Positions 54,501 through 63,819 are shown, counted from the first letter of the stretch. The stretch is 64,000 nucleotides of DNA from Antedon mediterranea (GCF_964355755.1 NC_092679.1:1828201-1892200), one strand, 5' to 3'. Notes: generated from the letters alone by a model not told the origin. Numbers and translations are program-made.

Positions 54501-57500
54501 TATTAATATCTGACCTCAATTCAGTCGGGTGTTATTATCCAGTCTTTGTCCACTTGCTACTGACCTGTATTGGACATTAAGACCATGCTGATACTGAACT
54601 TCATAATGTTGAAAGGTCAGATAACTGATATTCTGGTCAGCTGACCATTAATATAGGTTGTTCTGGGTCAAATTATCGAAATATAGGTTACTAATGATAG
54701 ATATAGGTCATTTGAAAGTTTGTGTTTTGTCTGCTAATGAGGTTTTTTGTTTTGTCAAGTTCAAGTGTATTTGATTCATCAGTGTAGCTACGATTTTGAT
54801 ATAGGTGGGTGATTCAACCCATTGATTTTGGTAGAGGGGGTAATTAGTCCCATAGTTGATTTTGGTAGAGGGGGTAATTCAACCTATAATTGATTTTGAT
54901 AAAGGCTGTAATCTAATATAATCAGGAATTTCATTATTAAAAATCATCTTTGTTATTAAGTATTTATATTCTTAATGTACGTAATGAATTGTTTTGCCAT
55001 TATTGGACCCAATGTGACCTTTTCGTGGAGAAATAAATATGTGATTTAATAATGATTTATTTGCTGTTGCTATATTTTGATAAATTAATTGATGTGTGAG
55101 ATGAAGTTACTTATTTTGTATTATAGATGTCATCATTTTACCTTTTATGGAATATTTAATGTTTGTTAAATTTGTTTATTATTATTTTATTTTTTATTAT
55201 TTTGTTTATTTTATTTTGTATTATTATTTTATTTCCGTCATTTGATTCTTGAACATGGTTTAATGAAAGTTGCATAATATAAGCAAATAAATAATTATAT
55301 AAATAATGAAATATATATTAAATAAATACATTATTGAATTATTTTAATAATCTCTCCTAGCATTCATACACCCCACTTCATTACAAATATAGATTTGTTT
55401 TCCTCGTTTACTTGTTGGTGTATAATATTGAAACTAAAAAAAAATAAATGGGTTAATGACGTTTCATTTCTAGGCCAAGAATAACTAACAAATTGCTGAC
55501 TGGCTTTTGTATCGTTATCCTATCAATAACATCCCTACAATTTATTTTACACGGCAGCCATTTAGCACCGACATCAAATTATTTTTCTAGATATACCATC
55601 AAATATCAACAGTTTATCTATTTTGTTAAGTCTGTTACCCAGTTCCATTTTTTCGATCAATTTTTATGACTTTATGTCGTAAACCTCATTTTAATAGTCT
55701 GCAAATAAAAAAAAAAGCTAGTAAAAGCAATCAAACATTTGTTGATGTATATTGAATGGTGTCATCTTTTGAATGATTAATATACTTGGAGGTTTTGATA
55801 CTTAAAGCAATTGAAAATTGGTTCTGTTCTGATCAGCTGATGTGTATGTAGGTTGTTGTAAAGTAGGACAAATAAATAGTCAGGGACATTTACTGATTCC
55901 TTGTCATTAAAGTAGTTAATCGTTTTAAGGGATGTTCTAGACATTTTACAACCACTTTAAACCATTTTATATATTGATTTTGAATTATGTTTTCTACAGG
56001 TTTCTCTTTAAAATAATAAAGTCTTCGATAGCTTGGTCTGTATTTAGAATTTCTTTTAAAACCAGTTATCTATCAGGGTTGTTTTAAGGCGCATGGTATT
56101 TTGATGAGGGCGCATAGTAATTTAAGCTTGTTTTTAATGAACAAAGATAATTACTCAATCTTAAATATATTTTTTTTCAGGGTGAATTGTCGACGACATC
56201 CCGTAGCTATGACGACCAACTGAAAATGATGAGTGATCACCTGTGTAGCTTGAATGAAAAACTAACGTCTCAAAAAGATGAAATTGACTCACTCAAACTG
56301 TCTATGAAGGTGTGTAAAGTTCTACACTATCAAACTAGACAACAAAAGTGTGATGTGCCCAAATATGGTAGTGATATGACATCATCATGTCCATATATGG
56401 TTACATTACATTTTTTTGTGACATAAAGTTTGATAGTGTAGACAGAGCTTTAGAAATAGACCGTAATCACTATTTGCTTCAATACTGAAAAAGTTTCATC
56501 ATGAAAGGAGTTCCGCCTCCTAAAATGATACCAACTGAAAAGGACTAGTGCCCCCTAAAGTGGTTCCCCCACTGAACAGAGGTAGTTTTCCCTAAAGTGA
56601 TGCCCCCTGAACAGAAGTGGTGCCTCCTAAATTAGTGCCAACTGAATAGAAGTAGTGCCCCCTGAAGCGATGCCCACTGAACAGAGGTAGCACCCTCTAA
56701 AGTTATGCCAACTCAACAAAGGTAGAACCCCTTGAATGCCCTGAATAGGGGTGTCCTCTGAATACAATAGTTTGTCTTGATATAGGTGTCTGTTGCTGCC
56801 TAAAAGTAACATATGGAAATTCTTAGTTTGGTATTTATCTCCTTGCTTCAATTTCAGTTTTTCTTTCAACATACTAAATACGTTCCAATTTAAATTCTCT
56901 CAAGTGTTTGTGTTGCTCCACAAAAGTCAGTGATCGCGTTCGTGAAAGTTGTTGACATAAATAAATCAGACAGAGATTGATATGCGACATGTAAAATGGT
57001 GTTAATAAGTGCAGTGAATTTAATTTTCAATCTACAATTCGCTGCAAAATTATAAATTTCCCTATCCCAAAATAGGAAGGCCTAATATTATTCTTAAATC
57101 TATTATAGACTCTATACTGCTAATGTTTACCGACTGTTTCATTATTGAGAACAGGGGTGTTCTATTTGAAAGTAAAATGAATTGAGTTTGAACTGTTGAA
57201 CTTTGTGTTAGGTTTTATGGCTGTTTTATCCTAGTTTCCGTTGTCGTTGATCCAGATACGTGAACAAGTCTAGTTTACCGCTGGTTATTGTGACGGGTGA
57301 GGTATATTTAAGGCGTAAATCGACGCTAAATCAGACTATAACTAGACTAGCTCATTAATAGGCCAATTAGCCTGCGATATCTAATACATAGAGACAGATG
57401 GTTGTACTATTAACACAATTTAACAGAAGCTGAAAAAAAAACTTACGTTTCAATTCAGGAAGGTTGTTTGTATTCTTTAGGGAGGGTTCACATTAAGTGT

Positions 57501-58762
57501 CTGGGGTCACAGTACTGTCGTGGAGTGTTGCGTTAAATTGTTTCCTATGTGTGAATTGGTGCTAACATGTGCTTAATGCGAGAAATAAATAGATAAAGGG
57601 GTTATGTTTCTATATGTTTTAGGTTGCAGTACTATTTACGAGTATTACGTGAAATTTTGCATTGTGTTAGGAAGAAAGTCTTTATCTTTATCAGGAGTAT
57701 TATTATTCTCATGAGTGAATCAGAACTTAGGGAAATATAAATTCAACAGGGAAGATGGGGAATTGTTAAATATTTCTTTACATGAAACAAGTATATGAAA
57801 GATTCTTCACTTGAAGCAGTAATACAATATGTTTTATTTTTTCGAGTGCGTAACACCCACTAAATATAAGGTCATGTCAAGAAATGGTGCATGAAGTGTT
57901 CAAGAGGTAATGCGTGTGAATTGGAGCAATCGTGTTCATATCACTGTGAAGGGGAAACAATTAAGTAAATAGATTTCAGGGTGATTAAAGTCATTGCTAG
58001 ATGTCACCATTCTTTGGTGCGTGACATGGGTTATTATTATTGACAGAGAGAAGAAAACGGTAGAGTAAAGATGCCATTGGGTTATTACTGGTGACAGAGA
58101 GTGGAAACAGTAGATTCCAGATATATGCCTCTATGGTTTTAGAATTAGAGTTTTGAATATGGAAAATGGTCTTGTTAGGTGTTACAATCTTCAAATCTCT
58201 TGACTAAATTGAAGAAAATCCTATTTTAGTGCTTTGTCACTTTGTATTGTTCGTTGTATATATAGAGTTTTTATTCTGAAAATGATCAATCAATATAGTT
58301 ACTTATTAGTTAGTGTGGACTCATCCTGGGGTAAAGTTTGTGGGAGGGGTGTAGTTAGTGGGAGGGGTGTAGTTAGTGAAAGGGGTGTAGTTAGTGAAAG
58401 GGGTGTAGTTAGTGAAAGGGGTGTAGTTAGTGGGAGGGGTGTAGTTAGTGGGAGGGGTGTATTTAGTGGGAGGGGTGTAGTTAGTGGGAGGGGTGTAGTT
58501 AGTGGGAGGGGTGTAGTTAGTGAAAGGAGTGTAGTTAGTGGGAGGGGTGTAGTTAGTGGGAGGGGTGTAGTTAGTGGGAGGGTGTAGTTAGTGGGAGGGG
58601 TGTAGTTTGTTATACAGTCTTGTTTGTGTGAATTGGTGCATTTGAGTAATGAACACGATTACCATTCGTGTGAAACAAGTTAATTGCTCTCTGCACCGTT
58701 AACATTCATATTCAAAGTTTTCTTAATTTCAGCAAACTGCGAAGAAAGGAAAAGGAAAATGA
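6474..58762 (+). CDS. PPP1R21: Protein phosphatase 1 regulatory subunit 21 (KLRAQ1/CCDC128; FERRY subunit Fy-2), complete, 19 coding exons, 781 aa
   Basis: Exons: 6474-6524, 6873-6941, 7555-7701, 8296-8400, 8770-8961, 9468-9594, 10354-10406, 10707-10856, 11421-11522, 11705-11793, 12002-12231, 12749-12876, 14002-14169, 14570-14764, 15224-15352, 17194-17346, 43013-43111, 56181-56309, 58733-58762. All introns are GT-AG with consistent phases; total 2346 nt. Motifs: KYQKLAQEFAKLRAQNQVLKKAV, SNFHTYTEQR, SLEEEC, SSTESKEGLAQQ, EHWLLEAQL, SYDDQLKMMSDHLCSLNE. Confidence 0.95.
6873..6941 (+). CDS. PPP1R21: PPP1R21 exon 2
   Basis: tag|LRAQNQVLKKAVIEEQGKQTQFK|gtgaaa. Confidence 0.93.
6965..7290. mobile_element. 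PIF/Harbinger-type MITE
   Basis: ~50-bp TIRs (GCACTTGTCAATTGTATGACCCACTATAC..CCCC.GGAGAGGTGCGTCA), TTA on both flanks, many internal TGCGTCA/TGACGCA motifs. Confidence 0.85.
7555..7701 (+). CDS. PPP1R21: PPP1R21 exon 3
   Basis: cag|DAIKERDQKVRKFEQEIDSLTFRNQQLTKRV...KKGK|gtatgc. Confidence 0.93.
8296..8400 (+). CDS. PPP1R21: PPP1R21 exon 4
   Basis: tag|NKVTT...EELRNKIQENERLHIQ|gtacgc. Confidence 0.9.
8770..8961 (+). CDS. PPP1R21: PPP1R21 exon 5
   Basis: tag|FNQSSAEHQQ...LQQDKARLEVKIRNMEKE|gtaaaa. Confidence 0.88.
9103..9270 (+). mobile_element. SINE fragment (same family as 63820-64000)
   Basis: B-box-like GGGTTCAGTTTCC, then CAGTCTACTCAGCTGTAAATGAGTACC...AAGGCGGCGTGGAAAAGAACTGGCCACCCTA; a near-identical reverse-complement copy lies at the window end. 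Confidence 0.7.
9468..9594 (+). CDS. PPP1R21: PPP1R21 exon 6
   Basis: tag|SGDAV...ITDKLPFNDT G|gtaact. Confidence 0.9.
10354..10406 (+). CDS. PPP1R21: PPP1R21 exon 7
   Basis: tag|(E)LRKFNALNVPTHDRKQQ|gtatgt. Confidence 0.9.
10707..10856 (+). CDS. PPP1R21: PPP1R21 exon 8
   Basis: cag|QRTKELV...SNFHTYTEQRTKIFPVD...VNAK|gtaagt. Confidence 0.93.
11046..11277. mobile_element. MITE family A (TIR AAGCTCTGTCTACACTATCAAAC; internal 21-bp CATATCACTACCATATTTGGG tandem), representative copy
   Basis: Other copies or fragments at ~4906-4990, 8528-8663, 10439-10525, 11817-11962, 12597-12724, 17369-17500, 19519-19640, 30546-30711, 30960-31182, 43340-43586 and 56316-56450. TA/TAA-rich flanks; the number of 21-mers varies between copies. 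Confidence 0.85.
11333..11434 (+). repeat. 17-bp tandem array x6 (TAGTTTTGTACTTATCT) spanning the exon 9 acceptor
   Basis: Units start at 11333, 11350, 11367 (one C>A change), 11384, 11401 and 11418. Confidence 0.95.
11421..11522 (+). CDS. PPP1R21: PPP1R21 exon 9 (acceptor embedded in a 17-bp array)
   Basis: tag|FCTYLHENAAYLRSIEKS...ITEDALTTL|gtaagt. Confidence 0.88.
11705..11793 (+). CDS. PPP1R21: PPP1R21 exon 10
   Basis: tag|ETATGLQDFS...YLNKLLPYQLL AG|gttagt. Confidence 0.92.
12002..12231 (+). CDS. PPP1R21: PPP1R21 exon 11
   Basis: cag|(S)LEEECALSSCSQTLESRNMELH...SSIVK G|gtaagt. Confidence 0.93.
12597..12724. mobile_element. MITE family A, copy with both TIRs
   Basis: AAGCTCTGTCTACACTATCAAAC...GTTTGATAGAGTAGACAGAGCTT. 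Confidence 0.85.
12749..12876 (+). CDS. PPP1R21: PPP1R21 exon 12 (donor copied 14 times by a 54-bp array)
   Basis: cag|(D)VSKSYNFKVSLEHQLPTVTQKLKTTDECVVSSLISLVTCTGK|gtaaga. Confidence 0.9.
12830..13594 (+). repeat. 54-bp tandem array x14 spanning the exon 12 donor
   Basis: Unit TCTCATCTCTTATCTCATTGGTTACTTGTACAGGAAAG|GTAAGATCATGTGATG; donors every 54 bp from 12876 to 13578. Confidence 0.97.
14002..14169 (+). CDS. PPP1R21: PPP1R21 exon 13
   Basis: tag|LSNFMKSNVDMF...REKSVNYMAMLNK|gtaaca. Confidence 0.88.
14570..14764 (+). CDS. PPP1R21: PPP1R21 exon 14
   Basis: cag|PSPDSVPYTQALNNRRVLVSSTESKEGLAQQ...EHWLLEAQLLQIKYDKEAM|gtaagg. Confidence 0.93.
15224..15352 (+). CDS. PPP1R21: PPP1R21 exon 15
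   Basis: tag|KVNRLQSQLQ...KPTDPS|gtaagt; open phase-0 exon in a poorly conserved region. Confidence 0.8.
15478..15651. mobile_element. Small TIR element (Harbinger-like MITE)
   Basis: GGGTCTTTTACACCTGTT...AACAGGTGTGATAGACCC, flanked by TAA and TTA. Confidence 0.7.
15816..17127 (+). mobile_element. 5'-truncated RTE-like non-LTR retrotransposon, interrupted by a DNA transposon
   Basis: 13-bp TSD AAGTCCTCTACTT (15803-15815 and 17128-17140) and a (TCA)n tail. Removing the insert restores ...RGRPRTTLPITLSNDL...KQLKELANERSDWKKLVKEI...ERQ*, typical of an RTE ORF C-terminus. Confidence 0.8.
15968..17009. mobile_element. Non-autonomous piggyBac-like DNA transposon
   Basis: TTAA TSD (15964-15967, 17010-17013), TIR CACTTTGACTGCCA/TGGCAGTCAAAGTG, duplicated ~30-bp subterminal motif; no transposase ORF. 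Confidence 0.85.
17194..17346 (+). CDS. PPP1R21: PPP1R21 exon 16
   Basis: cag|LGSL...SRENLIKKHY...DSKSVSFHSE|gtaagt. Confidence 0.92.
20738..21092 (+). repeat. Degenerate minisatellite (TACCACATTACCTGAG-like units of 13-18 bp)
   Basis: Visible recurrence of GAGTACCACA(TTA)CC. Confidence 0.85.
23405..23582 (+). repeat. ~69-bp tandem repeat, about 2.6 copies
   Basis: AATGCTGTGGGTATCAGTGGCTGGATCTCAATGGAGATA at 23406, 23474 and 23544. Confidence 0.85.
24139..24345 (+). repeat. AT-rich degenerate minisatellite (GATAACATGAAT units)
   Basis: Visible periodicity; explains the spurious N/I-rich ORFs here. Confidence 0.85.
29041..29086 (+). other. Candidate recursive splice site (ratchet point) TTTTTTTCAG|GTAAGT in PPP1R21 intron 16
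   Basis: A strong acceptor directly abuts a perfect donor, on the sense strand, preceded by ~39 nt without AG. Confidence 0.5.
30546..31182. mobile_element. Two MITE family A copies in opposite orientation (30546-30711, 30960-31182)
   Basis: Both carry the TIR pair; their internal 21-mers read on opposite strands. Confidence 0.85.
32068..32354 (+). mobile_element. tRNA-derived SINE, near full length
   Basis: A box TGGCGCAGTG, B box GGTTCGAATCC, central CCTTAGGCAAGACACTTTAC...CTCTCCACCCAGG..AAATGGGTACC domain, LINE-like tail GCGCTATATAAG..TATTAT. Confidence 0.8.
35238..36361. mobile_element. Non-autonomous PIF/Harbinger-like element with internal inverted repeats
   Basis: TIR GA(C/G)CCCATTTACACTTCA, TTA TSD, CpG-rich body with repeated GTGTTTACACT motifs. 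Confidence 0.85.
37130..37432. repeat. Imperfect (ATC/ATT)n microsatellite
   Basis: Direct reading; gives the poly-I/S/H pseudo-ORFs. Confidence 0.9.
43013..43111 (+). CDS. PPP1R21: PPP1R21 exon 17
   Basis: cag|CRALHQRLSLAEKSKQKTQAELQKANQMILQLQ|gtatga; matches the family motif CRAL..RL.LAEKSK. Confidence 0.92.
45077..45405 (+). repeat. 67-bp tandem repeat, about 5 copies
   Basis: AATTCCCTGGTGTGTT...AGACCAAAC recurs at 45144, 45211, 45278 and 45345. Confidence 0.9.
45746..47063 (+). repeat. 51-bp minisatellite, about 26 copies
   Basis: Unit ATTAGGGGGTGGGATTGTACTCGGATTGTACTAACAATGTCTTGTGCCAAT with C/T variants and 1-3 copies of an internal GGATTGTACT subrepeat. Confidence 0.97.
47671..47905 (+). 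repeat. 21-bp minisatellite, about 11 copies (AGTGGAAACATGTCTTTAGTCTAC)
   Basis: Direct reading. Confidence 0.93.
54171..54490 (+). repeat. 160-bp direct tandem duplication
   Basis: 54171-54330 versus 54331-54490; one visible mismatch. Confidence 0.93.
56181..56309 (+). CDS. PPP1R21: PPP1R21 exon 18
   Basis: cag|GELSTTSRSYDDQLKMMSDHLCSLNEKLTSQKDEIDSLKLSMK|gtgtgt. Confidence 0.93.
56316..56450. mobile_element. MITE family A copy inserted ~7 bp after the exon 18 donor
   Basis: TCTACACTATCAAAC...GTTTGATAGTGTAGACAGAGCTT. Confidence 0.85.
58340..58607 (+). repeat. 18-bp G-rich minisatellite, about 15 copies (GGGAGGGGTGTAGTTAGT)
   Basis: Direct reading. Confidence 0.95.
58733..58762 (+). CDS. 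PPP1R21: PPP1R21 exon 19 (terminal coding part)
   Basis: ttcag|QTAKKGKGK*; basic tail as in orthologues. Confidence 0.75.
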   Translation, partial: QTAKKGKGK

Positions 58763-59675
58763 GGTCGGAGTCAATGTCACAAACATCCTGGTCACTAGGG
58801 GAAGTAGCAATGAATGGCAACATCCTCTCGTGGGAGTAATCATCTTCCTCAATTATTCAAAGGATACCAATTACTTAAGGCCGGCATCTATTATCTAAGT
58901 TTGTTCCTGGGTCTCATAAACTAGTAAAACTATAATATACAGATCTGCATAATGTTTAATTATTTTTTTAATGAAAAATGTAAATTTAGTAGTGCTTAAT
59001 ATTACACAAGAGTCAAAAATATAGGTTATATAATTTTATACACTTACTAGCAATAAATAAAATATCATGTCTTGAATTATGGCAGAATAAACTTTCTCTA
59101 GAGATATGTTACATCGAATTAATTTTAGATTGTGGGATTTTGAAATTATTAAAACAAATGAAATTTATACTTTTTGTCACCAGAAATCGATCGAGAACAA
59201 ATTGATATTACTAAGTATTCCCAAGTTTGTAGTTGAGATCTATAAAGGTTATGCAACTGGGTTGTTGTTTATTATAATATAATTATTCTATTTTTCATTT
59301 TGTATATATTCATATCCGTATTCATGGAAATATTAATTTGAAAATTTATCAAGAAATTAATAGATTTTTACTTGCCATTATCCCTGTAAATTAAACCAAT
59401 AGTTGTATGTACGTATGCAGTAGATGCTCGATTCAAATATTACGCTATTTGAATAGTTTAAGAAAAATTAATCAACTCAAGATTCTAACAGGTTGACTAG
59501 GATCAGGGAAGATCTTTCACTCTTCCCTGCTAGGATAAACATTTTAATTAAAATTGACAAAATGGCAATATTGTACTTAATAGTTATATAGTTTTAATGA
59601 CCAAATGCTACATAATAATAATAATAATGGCTGGATTTTGAAGTAGTTGGTGAGGGCATAAAAAAGGTGAAACTA

Positions 59676-60064
59676 AAGCGTGGTTCCCACCATGACACAG
59701 CGACGTATCAACGCAAGTGCTGTATTGCGTGATAACATTAAAACGTGGGAACTGACAACACAACAGTGCTGAAAACATCGCCACAGGAAATCAAATCGGT
59801 TTGATTTAACCCAACAACGCAAGGCAAAAGAACACTTGAAAACTTAGTATAGCGCGTACTCAAAAGTACGCGGGATGAACCAGGTGAAAGTCTAACATTG
59901 TCGCGCAACAAGTAGTTTGGATTTCACGCAGTTGGGGGCAAACACAATTATTAGAAGGGCATTTCCTTACGTTTCGTCGGTTGCGTTGTGTGCTAGTGGG
60001 AACCAAGCTTTAGTGCACGTTTCGTCGGTTGCGTTGTGTGCTAGTGGGAACCAAGCTTTAGTGC
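59676..60064. mobile_element. MITE with TIR AAGC(G/T)TGGTTCCCAC; right end duplicated (48 bp)
   Basis: Left end AAAGCGTGGTTCCCAC; right end GTGGGAACCAAGCTTT occurs twice. A short related copy lies at ~51522-51601. Confidence 0.75.
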
Positions 60065-62022
60065 TTAGCTTCTTCTAAAATTGGACATGTGTAACTGATG
60101 TTTTTTCCTGCTCTGTACAATTATAAATTCACCAAATGTTTTAAAAAAATAATATATAATTTGTGCTATTAGTTACATAGAATGCAACTATATTATTGAT
60201 TATTAATTTTATTTCAGTTATTGACAGTACTATTATATAGTATTAACCTAATATAATCGTTATGGACAGGCTACTAAATTGAGCAAAAATATGGATGCAG
60301 AGAATTCCTACACAATAATAGTGTTGTACCTGGAATAATATTTAATATTAACTAACCTGGTAACATTCTAGACTTCTAGTAGAAGTGAATGATCTTACTG
60401 CATTCATAGAATCTCCCCCCCCCCCCCCTACTAAAACGTTTGTTACAACGTCCCTGCAAATTTTAAATGAAAATAAATTACTATTAACTGTAAATAGATA
60501 AGGAATATTTAGTGGCACAGTAGTATAGTAGAAGTTTAAATCCACCCAGCTGTTATCTACACTTTAGTAAACATAATTTGTACAACTCCCTGTATCCCTT
60601 TTTGACCAATATTTACAGTTTGGAGTTAGATATAATAGGGAAAGTAATATAATAAACCGTCAACTACATTTTTTGTTCCAATAGTGTTTAATTTACCATC
60701 ACAGATATTCATACAAAATCATTTAGATAGTACAAATGTATGCTTAAAAAATGTTTATTACTAGTTAATCCTTTTGTTAATAATTAATCCTTGTTATATA
60801 ATTAATCCTTGTATAGAAATATTTACAATCACATATCTATCACAAATCATTGCATGATTCATTTATACACTTTGATTGGAAAAATTCAGTTCAGGTTAAA
60901 TAAATGTTTAAACAATATAATTTGAATACATAATCAATAAATAATTTAATTTATTTAAAAGGAACTAAATCCTAAATAAGATGTTTCTAGTTTTGTTTTT
61001 CTTCCATTATAGATTATTCATGTTATCGAAACGTCTTCAGTTAGTTAACCATACATACACATTCAGTTATGGGTCTATGTCAGGAGCCTCTGTATTTTGC
61101 AAGGCATTTGTTTTCTCAATATAATCTCCGAATTTGGCCCAAAAAACTCTTGTTTTAACTGTACCACACCGGTCATCAGCCGATTAATATATTTGTTTTC
61201 TCAATTCTCTGTTCCACAACGATTATCGCCACCTTGTTATGTAAATGAAACAAACATTTAAACTATACCACACCTGTCATCACCCGATTATCACCTTAAA
61301 AATGGGTTAATATTGTTAATATCCACATATGGTGGGCCAATTAACACATATTATTAAACCTGCAAATATAGGATACATTTTTTCTTCATTAACCCATAAT
61401 CGCTGTGATTAACCTGATAACATTTAGGTATGTAATGACAATACAGGGCGCTGATCTTAGGTTGACAATACCCATCATCCATATGTAATGTAACGACTTC
61501 TGTGCGAATGTTGTGTCATTACCAAAAAAGCGGCAAAAGTGCCTTTGTAAAACTGGGTCTTTTAAATAATGAGCATATGTATTGTATATTAGTTTTGATA
61601 CTTTACTTGGCCAGTAGATCGCTTATGAGATAAGCACACACTTGCATTCAAACTAGGCCTAAATTAAGGAGTACATTCGTCTAATTTAATGTTTTGTACC
61701 AATTTCTGTTTAAGAACACAAATTTAGCTATTCTTATTGAAATTTTTTTTTTCTATTTTGTATTCTTTTGCAATTTAAACTACCATGTTTTTTCTTTCCT
61801 TAAATAAGACAAACATCATAGAATATTTTCTTTAGTTATCTATTCCCATCCCATCATCCCTTTATTTCCAATCCCAACATGCATTGCCAGTATCCACCAA
61901 GAACTTTAGTTCCATTTGTGAATCTATTCATTCTCAATTCATTTTGTATTATTGTAGACTTTTTAGGGTGAAATCCTCACCATACTGCACCAGATATCTA
62001 TTGGCTTCTCTAACCAGATTTC

Positions 62023-63662
62023 TTAAAGCTTGGCAGCCTGGACTAGCTTCCCATTGGTTATCGGCTTCTCCCGCAATGTGTGCGGCACTTGAATAATTTC
62101 GGCTAAAAATCAGAAACAAAGAATATAATATATTACTTATTTGAAAATGTGTAACATATCTAAATGATGCATGTAGTTGTAGAGGACATTGTTCAGTATG
62201 TTCTAAAAATGTAATAGAGACAATAAAACGGTCACTTTGTTAAGATCATGTTATATATTTGAGCTGCAAATGGTATTGCAAAATTTGATACTACAGAATA
62301 ACTTATGAATATTCATTAATGGCCATAACGACACCTATTTACTATGAATAGGGTGTCTCTTTATGTAGGCATATCCATTGAATTTATGTAAATAGGTGAC
62401 ATTATGGCCATTAATGAATATTCATAGGTTATATTCTCTAGATGCACAACTATGTTAGAGGGGGTGTATGTTTCAGCTGTAAATTAAATTCAAAAACAGC
62501 AACAATATTGTGTTTAGATAAAGATCTGTGAATATGTAGGTTACAGTGGCATAATAATGCAAGCAACAGATGTAAAGTAAATCAAGTCATGTTCCTACAC
62601 ACTCTCAACCAATCCACTTTCGTTAATATTCCTAGACTGATTTGTTCATCTTGGTACATTGACTTGTCAGTCTCGTGGGAAATTCAACACCTCGTTGTTA
62701 TACTTTAATGATCATTCTAACCTACTTATTACAACAATCAATTTCTAGTCTGAATTAGAATGTTCTTAGTTTAGTATTTTAACCTATTTAGCCCTGTTTT
62801 TTCGTTCATATGTCAAACTCCTTATTATATTAACTGTGACATAGAATTTTCAGATGGTTAAAAGTTTAAATTACTTAACTGCATGGCAAAATGCTTCTGC
62901 ATGTTTATATATATGTTTATATTTCAAAAACATGTTTTTATGTATTATCATCCTGAATTTGCAAATAGACCATGCCCATTGATTGATCAGTTTCTGTGCG
63001 TTACATTGTTGGTTTGAAATTTGAATTCTTGTGAAAGTAAGCCTACCTATTTTGTTAGATATTCCAGTTAGTGCAGATTGATTTGCTGTTAACACTTTCT
63101 TGTTTCTGAAATGAAAAGTATTTAGATACCTGAGTGATTGGCGAAACTCTCCGAGATGTACTTCGTATATAGTACAAAAACAGCCAAAATTTAATTACAA
63201 TTTTCGCAAGTAGTTTAATAACACCGCTAATGCTCAGACATCAAGGCAACTTGGGAGCATAGGGAGCATATCAAAACGTGAAGTACCAAGTGTAAATTCA
63301 ACCTGTATGGCCCACCTTACCATTAGCCATCCCATCAACTGAACAGCTAGCACCAGTACATTATAGACACTATGGTTTAATGCAAAGAGATGTCTCGCTT
63401 GTGGACATACGCTTAAAAGACCAACAGCATGGGACAGTAAAACGTATGAAGCTAAGAATTCAAACCACTAGCTGCATCTACTAGTCTCTATATAAATTAA
63501 TGTAGTTAAAATGTGATGAAGTTTTTATTCAACCCTATGACACCTATCAGATCTACATTGATTTCACATACTTATTATTGACAAGACCGCCAAGTTGTAT
63601 GCAAGTCTTGACAGCATTTTCTAACACGTTCAAAGACAGGATGTCATACTCGAACAGGTCAC
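62023..63662 (-). CDS. GNPAT: Glyceronephosphate O-acyltransferase (DHAPAT), last three coding exons (63662-63572, 63105-63047, 62102-62023); 5' part lies beyond the window
   Basis: Phase-consistent GT-AG exons give GDLFEYDILSLNVLENAVKTCIQLGGLVNNKNKKVLTANQSALTGISNKIAEIIQVPHTLREKPITNGKLVQAAKL*. This resembles the GNPAT C-terminus (YDVLS...NAL..C..LG) and ends in the PTS1 signal AKL. Confidence 0.8.
62292..62440. mobile_element. Palindromic MITE/hairpin in a GNPAT intron
   Basis: ~48-bp arms (ATAAC(T/C)TATGAATATTCATTAATGGCCATAA..CACCTATTTAC and its reverse complement), TA at both ends. Confidence 0.75.
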
Positions 63663-63819
63663 CTGCAAAAAAACAAACAAATGTAATGTAAGTTTTCTAA
63701 CTGTGTATTCACCACAGCTAGAGCCAACAATGAAAAATTGAAGAAGATGCATGGCTTGGTTTCAAATCAAAATTTTCAATGAAGGAAACCTGTTTGTATA
63801 ACATAAGGTGAGTCCCGTG

